Shown here: positions 38,801-48,480 of the stretch, piece after piece | Layout of the letters: each line of letters starts with the position of its first letter | How positions within the stretch are numbered: position 1 is the first letter of the stretch | Assembly (NCBI RefSeq): GCF_000002075.1 | Contig: NW_004797486.1 | Span: 867,806-931,805, forward strand | Origin: Aplysia californica | Lineage: Eukaryota | Direction of reading: 5' to 3' | DNA length: 64,000 nucleotides | Notes under the pieces: model-generated | What the model was told of the DNA's origin: nothing | The model's database searches: none | The model's input: only the letters and a program-made list of their open reading frames with translations | Made by a program: the position numbers and the translations under genes

Positions 38801-41800
38801 ATTTTAGGGTTGGTAAAATCTAACACCTAGCCTTCTCGGATAAGGACGAAAAAATCTCAGAGGTCTCATGCGCAAGCGGCACACCTTAACTCTTTATCGC
38901 CGAGGGGGGGTAAACCCACTACGCCGGGGTCCTTTTTTGGTGCTAAGTCTAAAACGTCATTAAATGGGTCTTTAAATCGGAACTAGCAAACTTATTTTGA
39001 AAGTTCTTCATCTAATGAATGAACTTCTGGTATTTTGCTGAAAAATAATTTGATGTCGAAGTGGTCTTAAAGGAATGTGCCCGAACCGCTGTCAGCGGCT
39101 CACCGGCACAGGGGTTCCGATTGCGAGCCGCTTGCCGGAGATATAAAGAGTTAAAGATCCCTTGGTAGTCCTAAAATCAATAAGAGTAAGCTTTGGCTGC
39201 CACGCGGGCAAAATTCAAAATTAATTCACACCAAAACTGAAAATGCTTAATGTATCCTGCATGCTCATTTGAACTTATGCCGATGCGAGCATCGTAAAAC
39301 ACTTACAAAAAAAAAAAACAATGAAAAATCCCTAGACTCAAATGTGGTTGATGTATGAAGAGGGATGGCGATGTAGGATGGATTTTGTGTCTTGTGAGTG
39401 ATCGGGATATGATTTACAGATGTGATAAAGTCATTCCAGTTTGCTGTATGGGTTTTCTTTACTTCCAAACATCTCAACTCTGGGCCTAGAGAAAAAAGAA
39501 AGCAGAATTAGAAAAAAAGGGCAAAAAAACAAAATTAGTTTCAAATACTTCGTTTTAAGCTTCTGGTTTTGAGCCAGACACAAGTTACTTTTTGTTTTGT
39601 TTCTTTTAGAATGACACTCTTGTTACTGAATGGTTTTTGTTGTTATTGTTTATCCATTCTTCCATCCATCATTGTGTATCCCCAACCATCCATTCACTGT
39701 CAACATTACTAGATGTGAGTAGGCCATTTTGAAGGCAGAACACTTGACTTGGTGGAAATGTTAAAGAAAAAGCTAGAAGTACATGCACCATACATCTTTA
39801 TTTGATGAGTATGGATGTTCATGGACCCACCCGGGGCAGTGCCACTGACTGAAGTGTCTTTAGGCCATTCCCAAAGGGGGGGAACATCTCGTTCAAGCAT
39901 AGTAGAATTGTAAATGGGCTGACTCATGTCACGCTCATAACTGTGCTTGATCTACAACAGGGAACTGCTGCTTTTTCTTTCCTGATCCTTACTATTGTCA
40001 TTTTCCTCTACTTCTTTTGTATATTTGTCACTCCCTTGTGACCTGCTATTTTGGGGTGCCTTGATAGTTGAAGCAGACCTTGTGCTGTTGAAGCTAGAGA
40101 GGGGAGCAGTCTAAGTCTGATTCCCTGTAAAGACTTCTCTGTTGACACCCACCCCTTGGTGCTCATATGACCTTATGCAGTTGCCAGTGCCGTAAAACCC
40201 TCTACTATTAAAAAAAAAAAAAAGAGAATGTTCATGTACACTTTTCTTTTGTGGGTTGACCTCTTTCAAGTGTGCCGTTATTAAGGGCATAGTAGGGTCT
40301 TTACACACTTACAAAAGTTAAAACATTTTAAGGGTTTGTGCTAAGCTTCCTTGGTGATGGAAGGGATTTTTTAGTTATTGCACTTTCTGTCTATAATTTA
40401 TTGTGAGGTTTTTATAATGTTTAAAATTTTATTTTTTCGCTTTTTGCAGAGTTCAAGTGTCGAGGCAGAGCAATTGAGAGATCAAATGAGCAAGATTAAG
40501 AGGAAACTGCGGAACGGAGGCAGACAAACATGGGATGGTAAATTGTTTGACACATTTGTTTCAGTCTGGCAGATTATTAATTCAGACCCTGTAAATTTTT
40601 TTTGGGACATAAAAATGGTAAAATCCTTACAATGTGGTTTTGCTGTAACTTGATATTGATGCAGCTCTTTCTTGGCACTTTTCAGATTTCACGTGTTTCT
40701 GATTTGTAAGCTCTCCTTAGCACAGGATACTTTACTGTTACATTGCAAAGGGTTCAATTCCTTTGTTTCTTTGCAATAGTAGTCTAATTTGACTGAGGCC
40801 TATTTTTGGGGAAAAATGTTCTGCGGTGACTGAATTTTATTCAAATTTTACCCTGCATTAGCTGGACGGTAGGGAGTGCAACTGGTAGATCCTCTCCTGT
40901 TCTCTTTTTACCTCTGCCTGAGATGATTAATTCCTCTATATTGTCTACCTTCTTGGCCTATGTCTCAGGGTTAACAAACTTCTTTAGGTTCTTTATCTCT
41001 AACCCACTGTGGTACTAGTTTTTGTGTATTCTGGGCGATTTTTGTTTTTCAGGTTAGGATGCCCCTTGTCTGTGTGGCAGCCGCTTGCTCATTTTCACAA
41101 AAATGGTTGGAGGGTGCTATGGTAGCTCCTTTGTCTTTATTTTATTAAACCAACTTGTGCTTGTTTTAACTTGAACAAACCAGTATGATTTTTCTAAGGC
41201 TGCTCCTCACTTTTGTGTCTCCGGTCTTCTATTATCTATTTGTGGTGGCCGAATTTTGCTATTCAAAAGGCTTTTTAATGGCTGCATCGATCGACATGCG
41301 GTTTTTGCCAAAAGATTCTTAAAAATATTCTCCAGAGCATGACGCCCTTGTTTTTTTCACTTTTGAGACAGTTTTGCTGCAAAAAACAAAATTTCTTTAT
41401 TTCGCCGATCGCTTTTGTAGGCCAACGCTTCTGTCTCTGTAATTTTAGAAAATCCAGAAGTGATATTTCGTGAGGCGCATTTTGTTTTGAGAGTATAGAT
41501 CTAGACCTTATAATTTTTTGCGTCTCTCAAGATTTATTGCCCCATTCCAGTAGAGTGTAAATATGGTAGGCCAATGACTTTTAGTTGATATTAAAGCACC
41601 GATCATTCCTTTCATGGAAAGGGGGCCCAGCTAGTCCTCTTATACAGTAAATTCTCCTTACTTCCATGCCCTCAGTGTATAAGCATTGTGTCCAGTCGGA
41701 ACTTGCATCCACGGAGAGGAAGATGGAGGAGATGAGATGTGCCCAGCAATGGGATGAGGTGCAGTTGTTATCCCAGAAGAAGACGCTGGCTGAGAGAGAG

Positions 41801-44800
41801 GTAGGTTGGATGTCGCAGAAAAGTACAGTCCAATATAATGGTTTGTATGTAATGTCATTTTCAACATTGGAAGGCAATTTAAGAGCACAGGCCTCCAAGT
41901 TTAATGCATGGCTTTGATAAGACTGAGTTCAGAGGGTGCTGAAGATTGGTAACAACTTCTCTACCAACCCAAGATTTGAACCAGATCACAGCACCACAGT
42001 CCACTATGCTAACAAATCGGAAGCACTGCTGGTTGTGTGTTCATGAGGATTGTCAAGCAATGTCAGGAATGACATCCTTTGATGAGTGACCACTGGGGTG
42101 TGCCCTATTGCTAGATATGTTAATTACATCCAAGTAGATACTTTGGTGCAGACTCTATTCCTGCAGAGGTCTATGCTTTTGGTGGAGACTATTATCTAGT
42201 TGAGGCACTGACAGAACAGTTCTGTCAAATGTGGGAATATGGAAGTATTCCTCATGGGCAAAGCTTTGCAGTCACCTTGGTGATTTGTCGTTGATCCCGA
42301 TATTTTCAAACCAAATACCGATTTTTTTCCCCCCTGGGATCGTGATTTTTAGATTTCATGGAGTGGCAGGTCTGTCAGTACGGATATGACATGAGGATTC
42401 TACGGCTGCAGGATAAGGCCGTGGTGCAAAAAACTGATGCTAAAATTTGATAAAATAAGTGGAAGTGGTGTTTGAAGGCTTTACACACACACACACTAGC
42501 AATGCCAATTGGGCTTTCCCGCGAGGCGAAAATTTGGTCCCCGTTTACGGGCGATTTTGCGGACCCGGCCGAAGCGTAGGTGACTAACTTTGTCAACCTC
42601 GGTCTGCTCTATTTCCGAACCAATCCGAATGAAACTCGGCTACCAATCAGAAAATAGGGCAAACTAATGATATGTGGACGTTGAAGTTCGTACACATAAA
42701 TTAAACCTATACTTTTGGTGTCGGGAACACTTTCGTATCGTGTACACCGAAAACTATAAGGAGTTTGAATTTCAACGCCCAGATGGTAATAGATCTATCT
42801 ATCCTCTATAGTGTGCTCAAATTTGAGAGTTCTGTGTCAAGTAGTTGTTTAGACCCGATCGTAAATCTACGACTACCCCCCTATCCAAAGCGGCTTCGCA
42901 CGGAGACCGGCCATTTTCCCCTCACTCCCGTGGCAAATGTCTGTGACCTACAATCCCCGCATGACTATTCCGGGCCCGTTCATTGGTCACTTGAAATAGG
43001 GCAATGGCGGGCGCGCGCATCCGGTTGTTTTTCTCTCTATTCCCCTGTAACATCGCAATGGGGGTATTCCGAGGCGAGGTTATCTCGTCTCGGGGTGTTC
43101 GCGTCTCAACGGGGAAAAATAATTTTTAATTGTACGGCATGCTAGATTGAATTAACTTATCTTTTACGGTTGGCATGGTCTAAAGTCATCATAAAAAGCT
43201 TTGCAATTATTTAGTCACGCTGCCCACATATATTCTTAAAGATCCCATGTTGTGATACGATGCTATAAATAAAATGGACTCATCCCGACACCCCTTTTTC
43301 ACAAAATCGTAATATGTACACCACAATTTTAATTATAACAAAATAACTACGAAATTGGTAGTAAATCTGACTGCAGAAATGATTTCTACACTCAAAAACA
43401 CATCGGGTAGCCAAGTTTCTCTCGAACATTTGGATTAGTTACCGAGATATCGTCGATTTTCTTACAGAATCTGCTACTGCGTGGTCCACTTTTTAGGAGT
43501 ATTTTCCTATATATGGGTCATCCATATTTTGCTGACCTTTACAACCCCATAACTTTTTTATTTATGAACCGTTTCTCAAAATTCAAGAAGCATAATTATC
43601 AGAATTGAAAATTCTTTCTTAGGTACCAAAAAAAAGGGGGCAAAAGTGAAAATTTNNNNNNNNNNNNNNNNNNNNNNNNNNNNNNNNNNNNNNNNNNNNN
43701 NNNNNNNNNNNNNNNNNNNNNNNNNNNNNNNNNNNNNNNNNNNNNNNNNNNNNNNNNNNNNNNNNNNNNNNNNNNNNNNNNNNNNNNNNNNNNNNNNNNN
43801 NNNNNNNNNNNNNNNNNNNNNNNNNNNNNNNNNNNNNNNNNNNNNNNNNNNNNNNNNNNNNNNNNNNNNNNNNNNNNNNNNNNNNNNNNNNNNNNNNNNN
43901 NNNNNNNNNNNNNNNNNNNNNNNNNNNNNNNNNNNNNNNNNNNNNNNNNNNNNNNNNNNNNNNNNNNNNNNTTTTTCTAAATATAATTACCCAATATCAC
44001 GAAAAACAAGCCCCGCTCAATTGTAACTACATGTTCAGGGGCAACAGTCTTCTTTTTTTCCCCTTCTTTGTCTTTGTACTTCCTGATTTTAGGTCAAAAT
44101 ACCTGAAATTGACCTTGAATTTACCTGAAATGGGAATTTTGAGGTAGGCAGCCCTCTGGCAGGGTTCCATATCATTATACCTGGCCAAGGTGATTGAATA
44201 TCCCTCTGAAAATCTTTGCGCTCTTTCGAGTTGAACCTGGCTGACCTCCCTTGAACTTTGTTGTTGTTTGCCCAATGGAATTACTTAATTGCCTTAAGTT
44301 TAATAAAAGATTATCATATCTGAAAAGAGGAAAAAAAAATCGGAACACATATGTGTCAATTTCATTTTATTTCTCAAGATCATTATTTTAGAGAAAAATG
44401 GCATCAATTTGAGAGGAAATCGAGGCTTTTCCCTGCTCTCACACACTTTTTCTGTGCTCAAATCGGGATTGTCGTAGTACCTGGTCTTGGCTAAAAGGAT
44501 GTTATGCTCCTGGGCAATGGCACAACCAATTAACTTGTTGTATGGGAAGAGAAGTACTGTGTAGAGAAGCTGTCTAAAAGATCTTAAAAAAATCTAGGTT
44601 TCTATAGATTATAGGCAAAAGACTGATATTTATTCCCACTTTGAATTTCACTGACGATACAGCAGTTTTGATCTGTTTGAAGTCAAAAATAATTTTTTTT
44701 AAAATCACTGCATTTCAGTTTTTTTTGTTTCGTTGCATGTGACCCATTATTGGATATTTATCTGTGTAAACAGGAGCTGTTACTTATAGTTTAATACAAT

Positions 44801-45084
44801 TACACTCACTTGTTGTTGCTGGAACTACTGGAAAAAGCTGTGTCGATTCTCAAGTCTTTTTTTCCCACTACTGGAAATGAGAGGAAGTCTTGAATACTAA
44901 ATGGTTGGCAGAAGGGAATATGCTTTGCTTTGCAAGTATTTACTGCATGACAGTAAATAATGTTTTTCCTAGGAAGCAAAGATTTTTATTAGCCCTAGAT
45001 CACATTCACCTTTGTTGTGACTGTTTCGTTTTTCTTTTCCAGCTTGCCGTGTTGCGAGTCCGACTTCCAGAGCTGAATTACTGA
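14810..45084 (+). CDS. CC2D1-like: Whole gene model: DM14-repeat protein of the CC2D1/Lgd family lacking the C2 domain; 17 coding exons, 1198 aa
   Basis: Exons 14810-14842, 17808-17930, 18671-18761, 20190-20320, 22838-22928, 23801-23928, 26110-26203, 27108-27235, 28361-28478, 29634-29800, 30931-30987, 31967-32041, 33164-35211, 38310-38367, 40450-40537, 41676-41800 and 45043-45084 join in frame with AG acceptors and GT/GC donors. The total is 3597 nt, ending in TGA. The translation shows four DM14 motifs and a CC2D1-like C-terminus. Confidence 0.85.
15566..15790 (+). mobile_element. tRNA-derived SINE (family 4) nested in the LINE; related head at 24106-24180
   Basis: A-box tggtgtagtag, B-box gttcgattcc, 3' hairpin gcgcctca…tgggggcgt, A-rich tail. 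Confidence 0.65.
16400..16602 (-). mobile_element. family 1 SINE 5' fragment
   Basis: Reverse complement of the family 1 head (accacgagagcccc). Confidence 0.7.
17808..17930 (+). CDS. exon 2, DM14 repeat 1 first half (QSLPVTAQALEERINMYISAMDKAAALNNLQQSSQLQRDIQ)
   Basis: aaacag acceptor, CAA|gtaaga donor, phase 0-0; LEERxxMYxxA DM14 start. Confidence 0.85.
18671..18761 (+). CDS. exon 3, DM14 repeat 1 second half (LLVDLMERVSAGQAVCEAEVPPPLDITPQN)
   Basis: tttctctcag acceptor, G|gtgagt donor, phase 0-1; GxxVxExEVPPP DM14 end. Confidence 0.9.
19938..20086 (+). mobile_element. short retroposon family 2 (tail type alpha), 15-bp TSD
   Basis: Starts GTGGGTGGTTGGCGGG; TSD aaagttgcacacttt. Confidence 0.8.
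20190..20320 (+). CDS. exon 4, DM14 repeat 2 first half (DILANPLGELSSRMSEYHKALYFAEEELSDQRINKIKDFQRGLH)
   Basis: tttttacag acceptor, CAC|gtatga donor, phase 1-0. Confidence 0.85.
20643..21295 (+). repeat. tandem array: 9 x 71 bp + 14 bp, unit = TSD + retroposon 3' tail
   Basis: Unit acactttggtttctcggcacttatatgacct(t/a)attgtgttgcaagtgccgtaaaactctttactaaactaa, starting at 20643, 20714 … 21282. Confidence 0.95.
21672..22180 (-). mobile_element. family 1 Deu/Nin-type SINE, full length
   Basis: Head, central domain and tail all present. Confidence 0.85.
22838..22928 (+). CDS. exon 5, DM14 repeat 2 second half (LMHSLQKRAQDGFPIRADEIPPSVVIPSDD)
   Basis: ttttcag acceptor, G|gtaggt donor, phase 0-1; 91 nt like exon 3; GxPIxxDEIPP motif. 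Confidence 0.9.
23801..23928 (+). CDS. exon 6, DM14 repeat 3 first half (EFDNDAVNTLNGRISQYKAVLASAQNGQEGDRRKVPKILSGLR)
   Basis: poly-T...ctgtag acceptor, CGG|gtaaat donor, phase 1-0. Confidence 0.88.
24240..24670 (+). mobile_element. LINE reverse-transcriptase fragment (I/Nimb-like)
   Basis: QEESVPRGSILSPLLF followed, after a frameshift, by YVDDFLIC. Confidence 0.7.
24705..25139. mobile_element. ~435-bp MITE family M (TGTG… termini, several copies TA-flanked)
   Basis: Imperfect TIRs; copies at 45653-48478 (interrupted), 48481-48916, 50797-51196, 58390-58813, 58817-59123, and a fragment near 21526. Confidence 0.8.
25453..25850 (+). mobile_element. short retroposon family 3 (tail type beta); second copy 39824-40222
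   Basis: Shared body ggcagtgc(c/t)actgactgaag…gggaactgctgctttttc and shared tail catatgaccttatgcagttg…gtaaaac. Confidence 0.75.
26110..26203 (+). CDS. exon 7, DM14 repeat 3 second half (TLEFLMTRAKARRPVWKRDIPPEFDYYGGEG)
   Basis: ctttttcag acceptor, G|gtaggt donor, phase 0-1; GLR|TLE...DIPPE matches the DM14-1 pattern. Confidence 0.9.
27108..27235 (+). CDS. exon 8, helical insert part 1 (AQDYDKSINKAKIVLQVRSLLARCSKVHIKNKEKHQSFQSLLQ), GC donor
   Basis: ttcatcag acceptor; CAG|gcaagt donor (an alternative in-frame GT lies at 27242). The exon is needed to bridge phase 1 (exon 7) to phase 0 (exon 9). Confidence 0.75.
27290..28260 (-). mobile_element. degraded Tc1/mariner-superfamily transposase relic
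   Basis: Minus strand reads WFSNLAHSY…G…N (WFSDEAHF-like) and FSFCNKEGDTQIVTADCYLNVM (GPFFF…TV…YLxML-like); many stops. Confidence 0.45.
28361..28478 (+). CDS. exon 9, helical insert part 2 (SLRDMDKALTSNPSHGELKKIHSSLMKLKMDVDGVEKFS)
   Basis: ttttttccag acceptor, G|gtactg donor, phase 0-1. Confidence 0.8.
28871..29375 (-). mobile_element. family 1 Deu/Nin-type SINE, full length
   Basis: Head, central domain and tail present. Confidence 0.85.
29634..29800 (+). CDS. exon 10, even-type DM14 first part (…LALIDARIGEYKTAALNAKRDNQVEHAIKHFKVLK)
   Basis: ctacccag acceptor, AAA|gtgagt donor; RxxEYKxAALxAK is the DM14-2/4 signature. Confidence 0.92.
30931..30987 (+). CDS. exon 11 (GLQSLKEQLGREIDVDMTL)
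   Basis: attttcag acceptor, CTT|gtgagt donor, phase 0-0; continues DM14 (VDxx motif). Confidence 0.85.
31069..31882. mobile_element. Tigger/pogo-like MITE
   Basis: TIR CAGTGGAACTC(G/T)GATT(T/C)AAC at both ends; the same terminus occurs near 4190-4208. Confidence 0.7.
31967..32041 (+). CDS. exon 12 (VPPPPPVFTPVNESQPPLPSARDGP)
   Basis: ttttgctcag acceptor, CCG|gtgaga donor; completes the DM14 VDxxxxPPPP ending. Confidence 0.88.
33164..35211 (+). CDS. exon 13, 2048-nt exon encoding ~682 aa of Ser/Glu/Pro-rich low-complexity, probably disordered sequence
   Basis: Lies within ORF 33101-35215 (704 aa, the only long ORF in the window); ttgcttttcag acceptor in frame; GA|gtaagt donor, phase 0-2. 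Confidence 0.88.
35301..35505. repeat. ~50-bp T-rich minisatellite, 4 copies
   Basis: tttctgcttttagcatgttttcttcatgtcaatctttgtattttt repeated. Confidence 0.9.
35723..35906 (+). mobile_element. short retroposon family 2 (tail type beta)
   Basis: TSD aaagatgataa. Confidence 0.8.
36529..36705 (+). mobile_element. short retroposon family 2 (tail type alpha)
   Basis: TSD acatcttgtgt. Confidence 0.8.
37001..37338. mobile_element. foldback element with ~50-bp inverted termini
   Basis: gaaacaatcaagacttacctgtaagttgatgattg…tttctgattttga mirrored at ~37291-37338. Confidence 0.65.
38310..38367 (+). CDS. exon 14 (EVTLRCLENLKYDFLLAETK), GC donor
   Basis: tttgttacag acceptor, AAG|gcaagt donor; the only phase 2-to-0 bridge I found; resembles the 'SLxVLxFD/YE' start of the CC2D1 C-terminal domain. 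Confidence 0.75.
38520..39320 (+). mobile_element. family 1 SINE interrupted by a TTAA MITE
   Basis: The SINE resumes at ttaaagatcccttgg after the insertion. Confidence 0.8.
38890..39150. mobile_element. piggyBac-like MITE, TTAA TSD
   Basis: TTAA|CTCTTTAT … ATAAAGAG|TTAA, inserted in the TTAA of the SINE central domain. Confidence 0.8.
39824..40222 (+). mobile_element. short retroposon family 3
   Basis: TSD-like atgttcatg on both sides; A-tail. Confidence 0.75.
40450..40537 (+). CDS. exon 15 (SSSVEAEQLRDQMSKIKRKLRNGGRQTWD)
   Basis: tttttgcag acceptor, G|gtaaat donor; LxxGG motif of the CC2D1 C-terminus. Confidence 0.85.
41676..41800 (+). CDS. exon 16 (VYKHCVQSELASTERKMEEMRCAQQWDEVQLLSQKKTLAERE)
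   Basis: ccctcag acceptor, GAG|gtaggt donor; LxxKKxLAExE matches the CC2D1 terminal helix. Confidence 0.88.
45043..45084 (+). CDS. exon 17, terminal (LAVLRVRLPELNY*)
   Basis: Long polypyrimidine tract ending ttttccag, phase 0, TGA stop; parallels the short LxxLR ending of CC2D1 proteins. Confidence 0.78.
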   Translation, partial: LAVLRVRLPELNY

Positions 45085-46002
45085 GCTAAGAAAGAAGAGA
45101 CGTAAAATGAACTTTCACCCTTTTTGAAGCATTTGCCAGGACGATAAAAAGCTCGGGTTTCAATTATAAGAAACTCCTTTGAGAATGGACAAAGGCCATG
45201 TGTTTTGTATTTTGAATGGGTGCAAATGGGCATTGTAGCTTCTTAAACCTGTTCTGAATAATTTATGCTTTCAGCAGTAAAATTGTTTTTCAATCTTTAT
45301 GGCTTGTTGGCTCCAAAGTGTTGACGAGGGAGCAGACAGATTACTCTTTCACTATACTGTCCATGTTTTTTTAATGAAATATTTTGGATGTGGGATTTAA
45401 AGCCGTTTGTAGAGCATCCTGAAAATGTTAATTTCCAGCGCTTAGAAGCTGGTTTGTGTTTGTATCTTTGTATGTGTGTGTATGTTGTGTGTGTTTGTCG
45501 GTTTGCATATAAGTTCGCTTGTGTGTGTGTGAGACTCTGAAGTTCAATAAGCTGAAATGAAATGAGTTTAGGTTTCATTCACTTCAGTGGGAATTTTAAT
45601 TGCAGATGAATTATGTGTATTCCTTTCATTTTTCAATGGGCACTTAAAATTTTGTGTTACGACATGTTGGAATCAGGCGTTCGTCAGTTTTTGGGCATAT
45701 CGAGTTATTGGTATCATCTTGAAGCTTTTTCATTTGTCTTGCTTAAAAAACAACAACAAAAAACCTTAGAAGTGGAGATATTTTGGATGGGAGGAGGTAG
45801 GGGTACCTGGTTTAAGAGGTAAAATTAGTGAGAAAATGGCCGCGCAAGTTGGTGACTTCCAAAACTGGAGAGTCCTTGGAAACTGTAATACATTTTTGTG
45901 TGCTTTACTCAATTTTTAAAAGTAAAAATCCACACAGGAATTTGTTTTTAGATGAACATAAAAGGTGTTAAACTTCCCCCCCCCCCCCTGAAACAACAAA
46001 CA

Positions 46003-48344
46003 TGTAGAATAATTGCTCACCTTCTGGATGCAGGTTCTTTCGATGTTTCTTGATAATAAAGATAGGGGGCCCCCTTCTGGATGGATGTTATTTCTGTTCT
46101 TCTGCGATCTAGTGCGACTCAACACCTCAATGGCTTCTGCTCTACGGCCCGATTGTCTCGGTCCCTTCTTGAACTCACTAGTGAGTGCACGGGTCTCTCA
46201 AGTCCTGTGAATCTGTTCAGGTCGGTGCGGGGTGAGATTTTTGCCAGTACAGGCTTGCCGGTGTCAACTTATTCTTTTACACCACACGCCCCCGTGATCT
46301 TAAGATCACCACAAACAACCCGACTGAACTTGTAATTTTTAAAGAAAAGTCATCTAACAACACTCGAATAACTCGCACAATAGAAGAAAAAGTCCAACCA
46401 AAAATAATTCAAATAATGCTGAATTGAAAATGTCCAAATGTAACACTCATACGTTCACATTTAAAGGCAGTCATATCCTTACACACCTATATATACAATA
46501 ACCCACCAATGACTGTTCGTATCAACCTACGTCACAGTCCTGCACCCACGCAGGGACGCGCCGATTTCGCTCCGGGTAACGACGCACTCCGACATCTGTA
46601 GGTACATTGTCTTGTAGCGGTTGCTCCTCCATCTGTGGGTTGACCACTGGTCTCAGATCCAGTACGTGTCTAGGCATTCCATCTACTTCAATATTGTTGT
46701 TAGAGTTGATCCCAGAAACTACTCCTTTTGTCCATTGCGAAGTGCACCTTGAAAAATGGCGGTTTCACCCAAACCTCATCACCGACACTCACGACCGGTT
46801 GCGTGCCTTCATGATCATTTGGGGGCTCCACCTCAGGATGCCTCCAAGAGTAAGAAAATACATAACGCTGGGGAATCGTTGACTCTTTTCTGTCCATTTC
46901 TGGGCGACATATTGTACCAAAAAGCAGCCTCCATGGGAGAAATCTGAGCTCTCTCTGCTATAGATCTTATGGTGCGATGTTTCTTTCAACTATTTCATTG
47001 CCAGATGCTCTATAAGCAGCCCTGTAATATGGCATAGTCCTCCACCGCCGCAAGAGCTCTCCCATCTCCGCTGATCTAAATGCAGTCGCATTATCCATTA
47101 GCAATTCATCCACAGGGCCTCTCCCGAAATACCTGCTCGATCTCTTCACAAATGGAATTTAACAGTCTCGTTTCTCGCAAACCTTCCTGGGCTGCAGTCA
47201 ACCATGGTCAGGTATGGAAGGTCTCGTTAGTGGCTCACATCTATGGCCATCCTCTTCCAATTTGAGTCTACCCCCAGCTCTCCAGGTTCATGCTGAGCGC
47301 TTGCAAGATTAATGGAATGGCATCTCTCACATGCATGCACCACCTTTTTCCCTGCATCTTTAGTCACAGAAGTTGAGAAGGGTCTACCCGTCTCGCCAGA
47401 TGCCAGGTTTGTTCCACACCAAAGTGATGCTGTTCATGCAGAGCCTTCACGTCCCCCAATGAAGCCGCGCACACCGATGACGGTATGCCATGTGTATGCA
47501 ACCACTTTCTCTTGACTCTAGTCAACTTATCTGCTTTGTTGGATGCGGACCCACGCATATGACTTCTACCTCCAGCCCTAGTTCTTCTATCAGACTCTGT
47601 TGTCTCTTTATCAGCACCTCTGCCGCTCCCTTGGTCTTTAGCTTTCTTTCTTCTGACAGCATTGTCCTGATCCACTCACACACGGTAACCAGAGTCTGTC
47701 ATCAGTTTGATGTCTTTCAACCCCCTCTGTACTCCAAGGTTCACTCCTTTCAAAGCCGCCTCCAACTCTGCAACATTGATGTGATTAAAGTCGTCCTTCT
47801 TCCTCTCTATAACCTCTGCATCTTCTTTATCCTTGTCGGACAACTCTAAATATATTATAAGCGAACACACTCCCTTCTTAGTATAATGGAATAAACGCGG
47901 CCAGATCTTTCACCTTAGTCAACCTCGCCTCCAGTTCCACTTTTTGAATCCATGCCCCAATGTCACCTTCCCCTCTAAACACCCTAACCATCTCTGACAC
48001 TTTGAGCGTTGGAAACGATTGTGAAGCCATGGTGAAATTTCTTTGTAGGCCGAAATAGCTTGTAGAATAATTGCTCATCTGCTGGATGCAGGTTCTTTCG
48101 ATGTTTCTTGACAATGAAGATAGGGGGCCCCCCTCTTGATGGATGTTATTTCTGTTCTTCTGCGATCTAGGGCGACTCAATGCCTCAATGGCCGCTGCTC
48201 TACGGCCCGATCGACTCGGTCCCTTCTTGAACTCACTAGTGAGTGCACGGGTCTCTCAAGTCCCATGAATCTGTTCAGGTCGGTGCAGGGTGAGATTTTT
48301 GCCAGTATAGGCTTGCCGGTGTCAACTTATTCTTTTACACCACA
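46003..48344 (-). mobile_element. internally deleted Ty3/Gypsy-type LTR retrotransposon; 284-bp LTRs; 5-bp TSD AAACA
   Basis: LTRs 46003-46286 and 48061-48344 with TG…CA ends; gag start MASQSFPTLKVSEMVRVFRGEGDIGAWIQKVEL; RNase H NHINVAELEA…MTDS; integrase HHFGV…CERC, LMDNATAF, SGNEIVER; VGDEVWVKPP. Confidence 0.9.
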
Positions 48345-48480
48345 AAACAAACAACCCCCCAAAAAAACACCTCAAAAAAAAAAAAAAAATGGATGAAAAG
48401 AACAAACGGGAAGAAAAATTACGTCTTCTTTGATTTAATTATTTTGACCAGTGTCTGGTTTCATCACGGTTCCTCACATA

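Noticed and set aside
39723-39778. Extra exon between exons 14 and 15 (HFEGRTLDLVEMLKKKLE)
   Set aside because: Poor acceptor (no pyrimidine tract) and weak donor; the direct GC-AG join already keeps the frame.
42290-44240. CpG-richer intronic block as a regulatory island or gene
   Set aside because: No convincing ORF or splice pattern; it looks like transposon-derived DNA, but the termini are obscured by the gap, so I left it unclassified.
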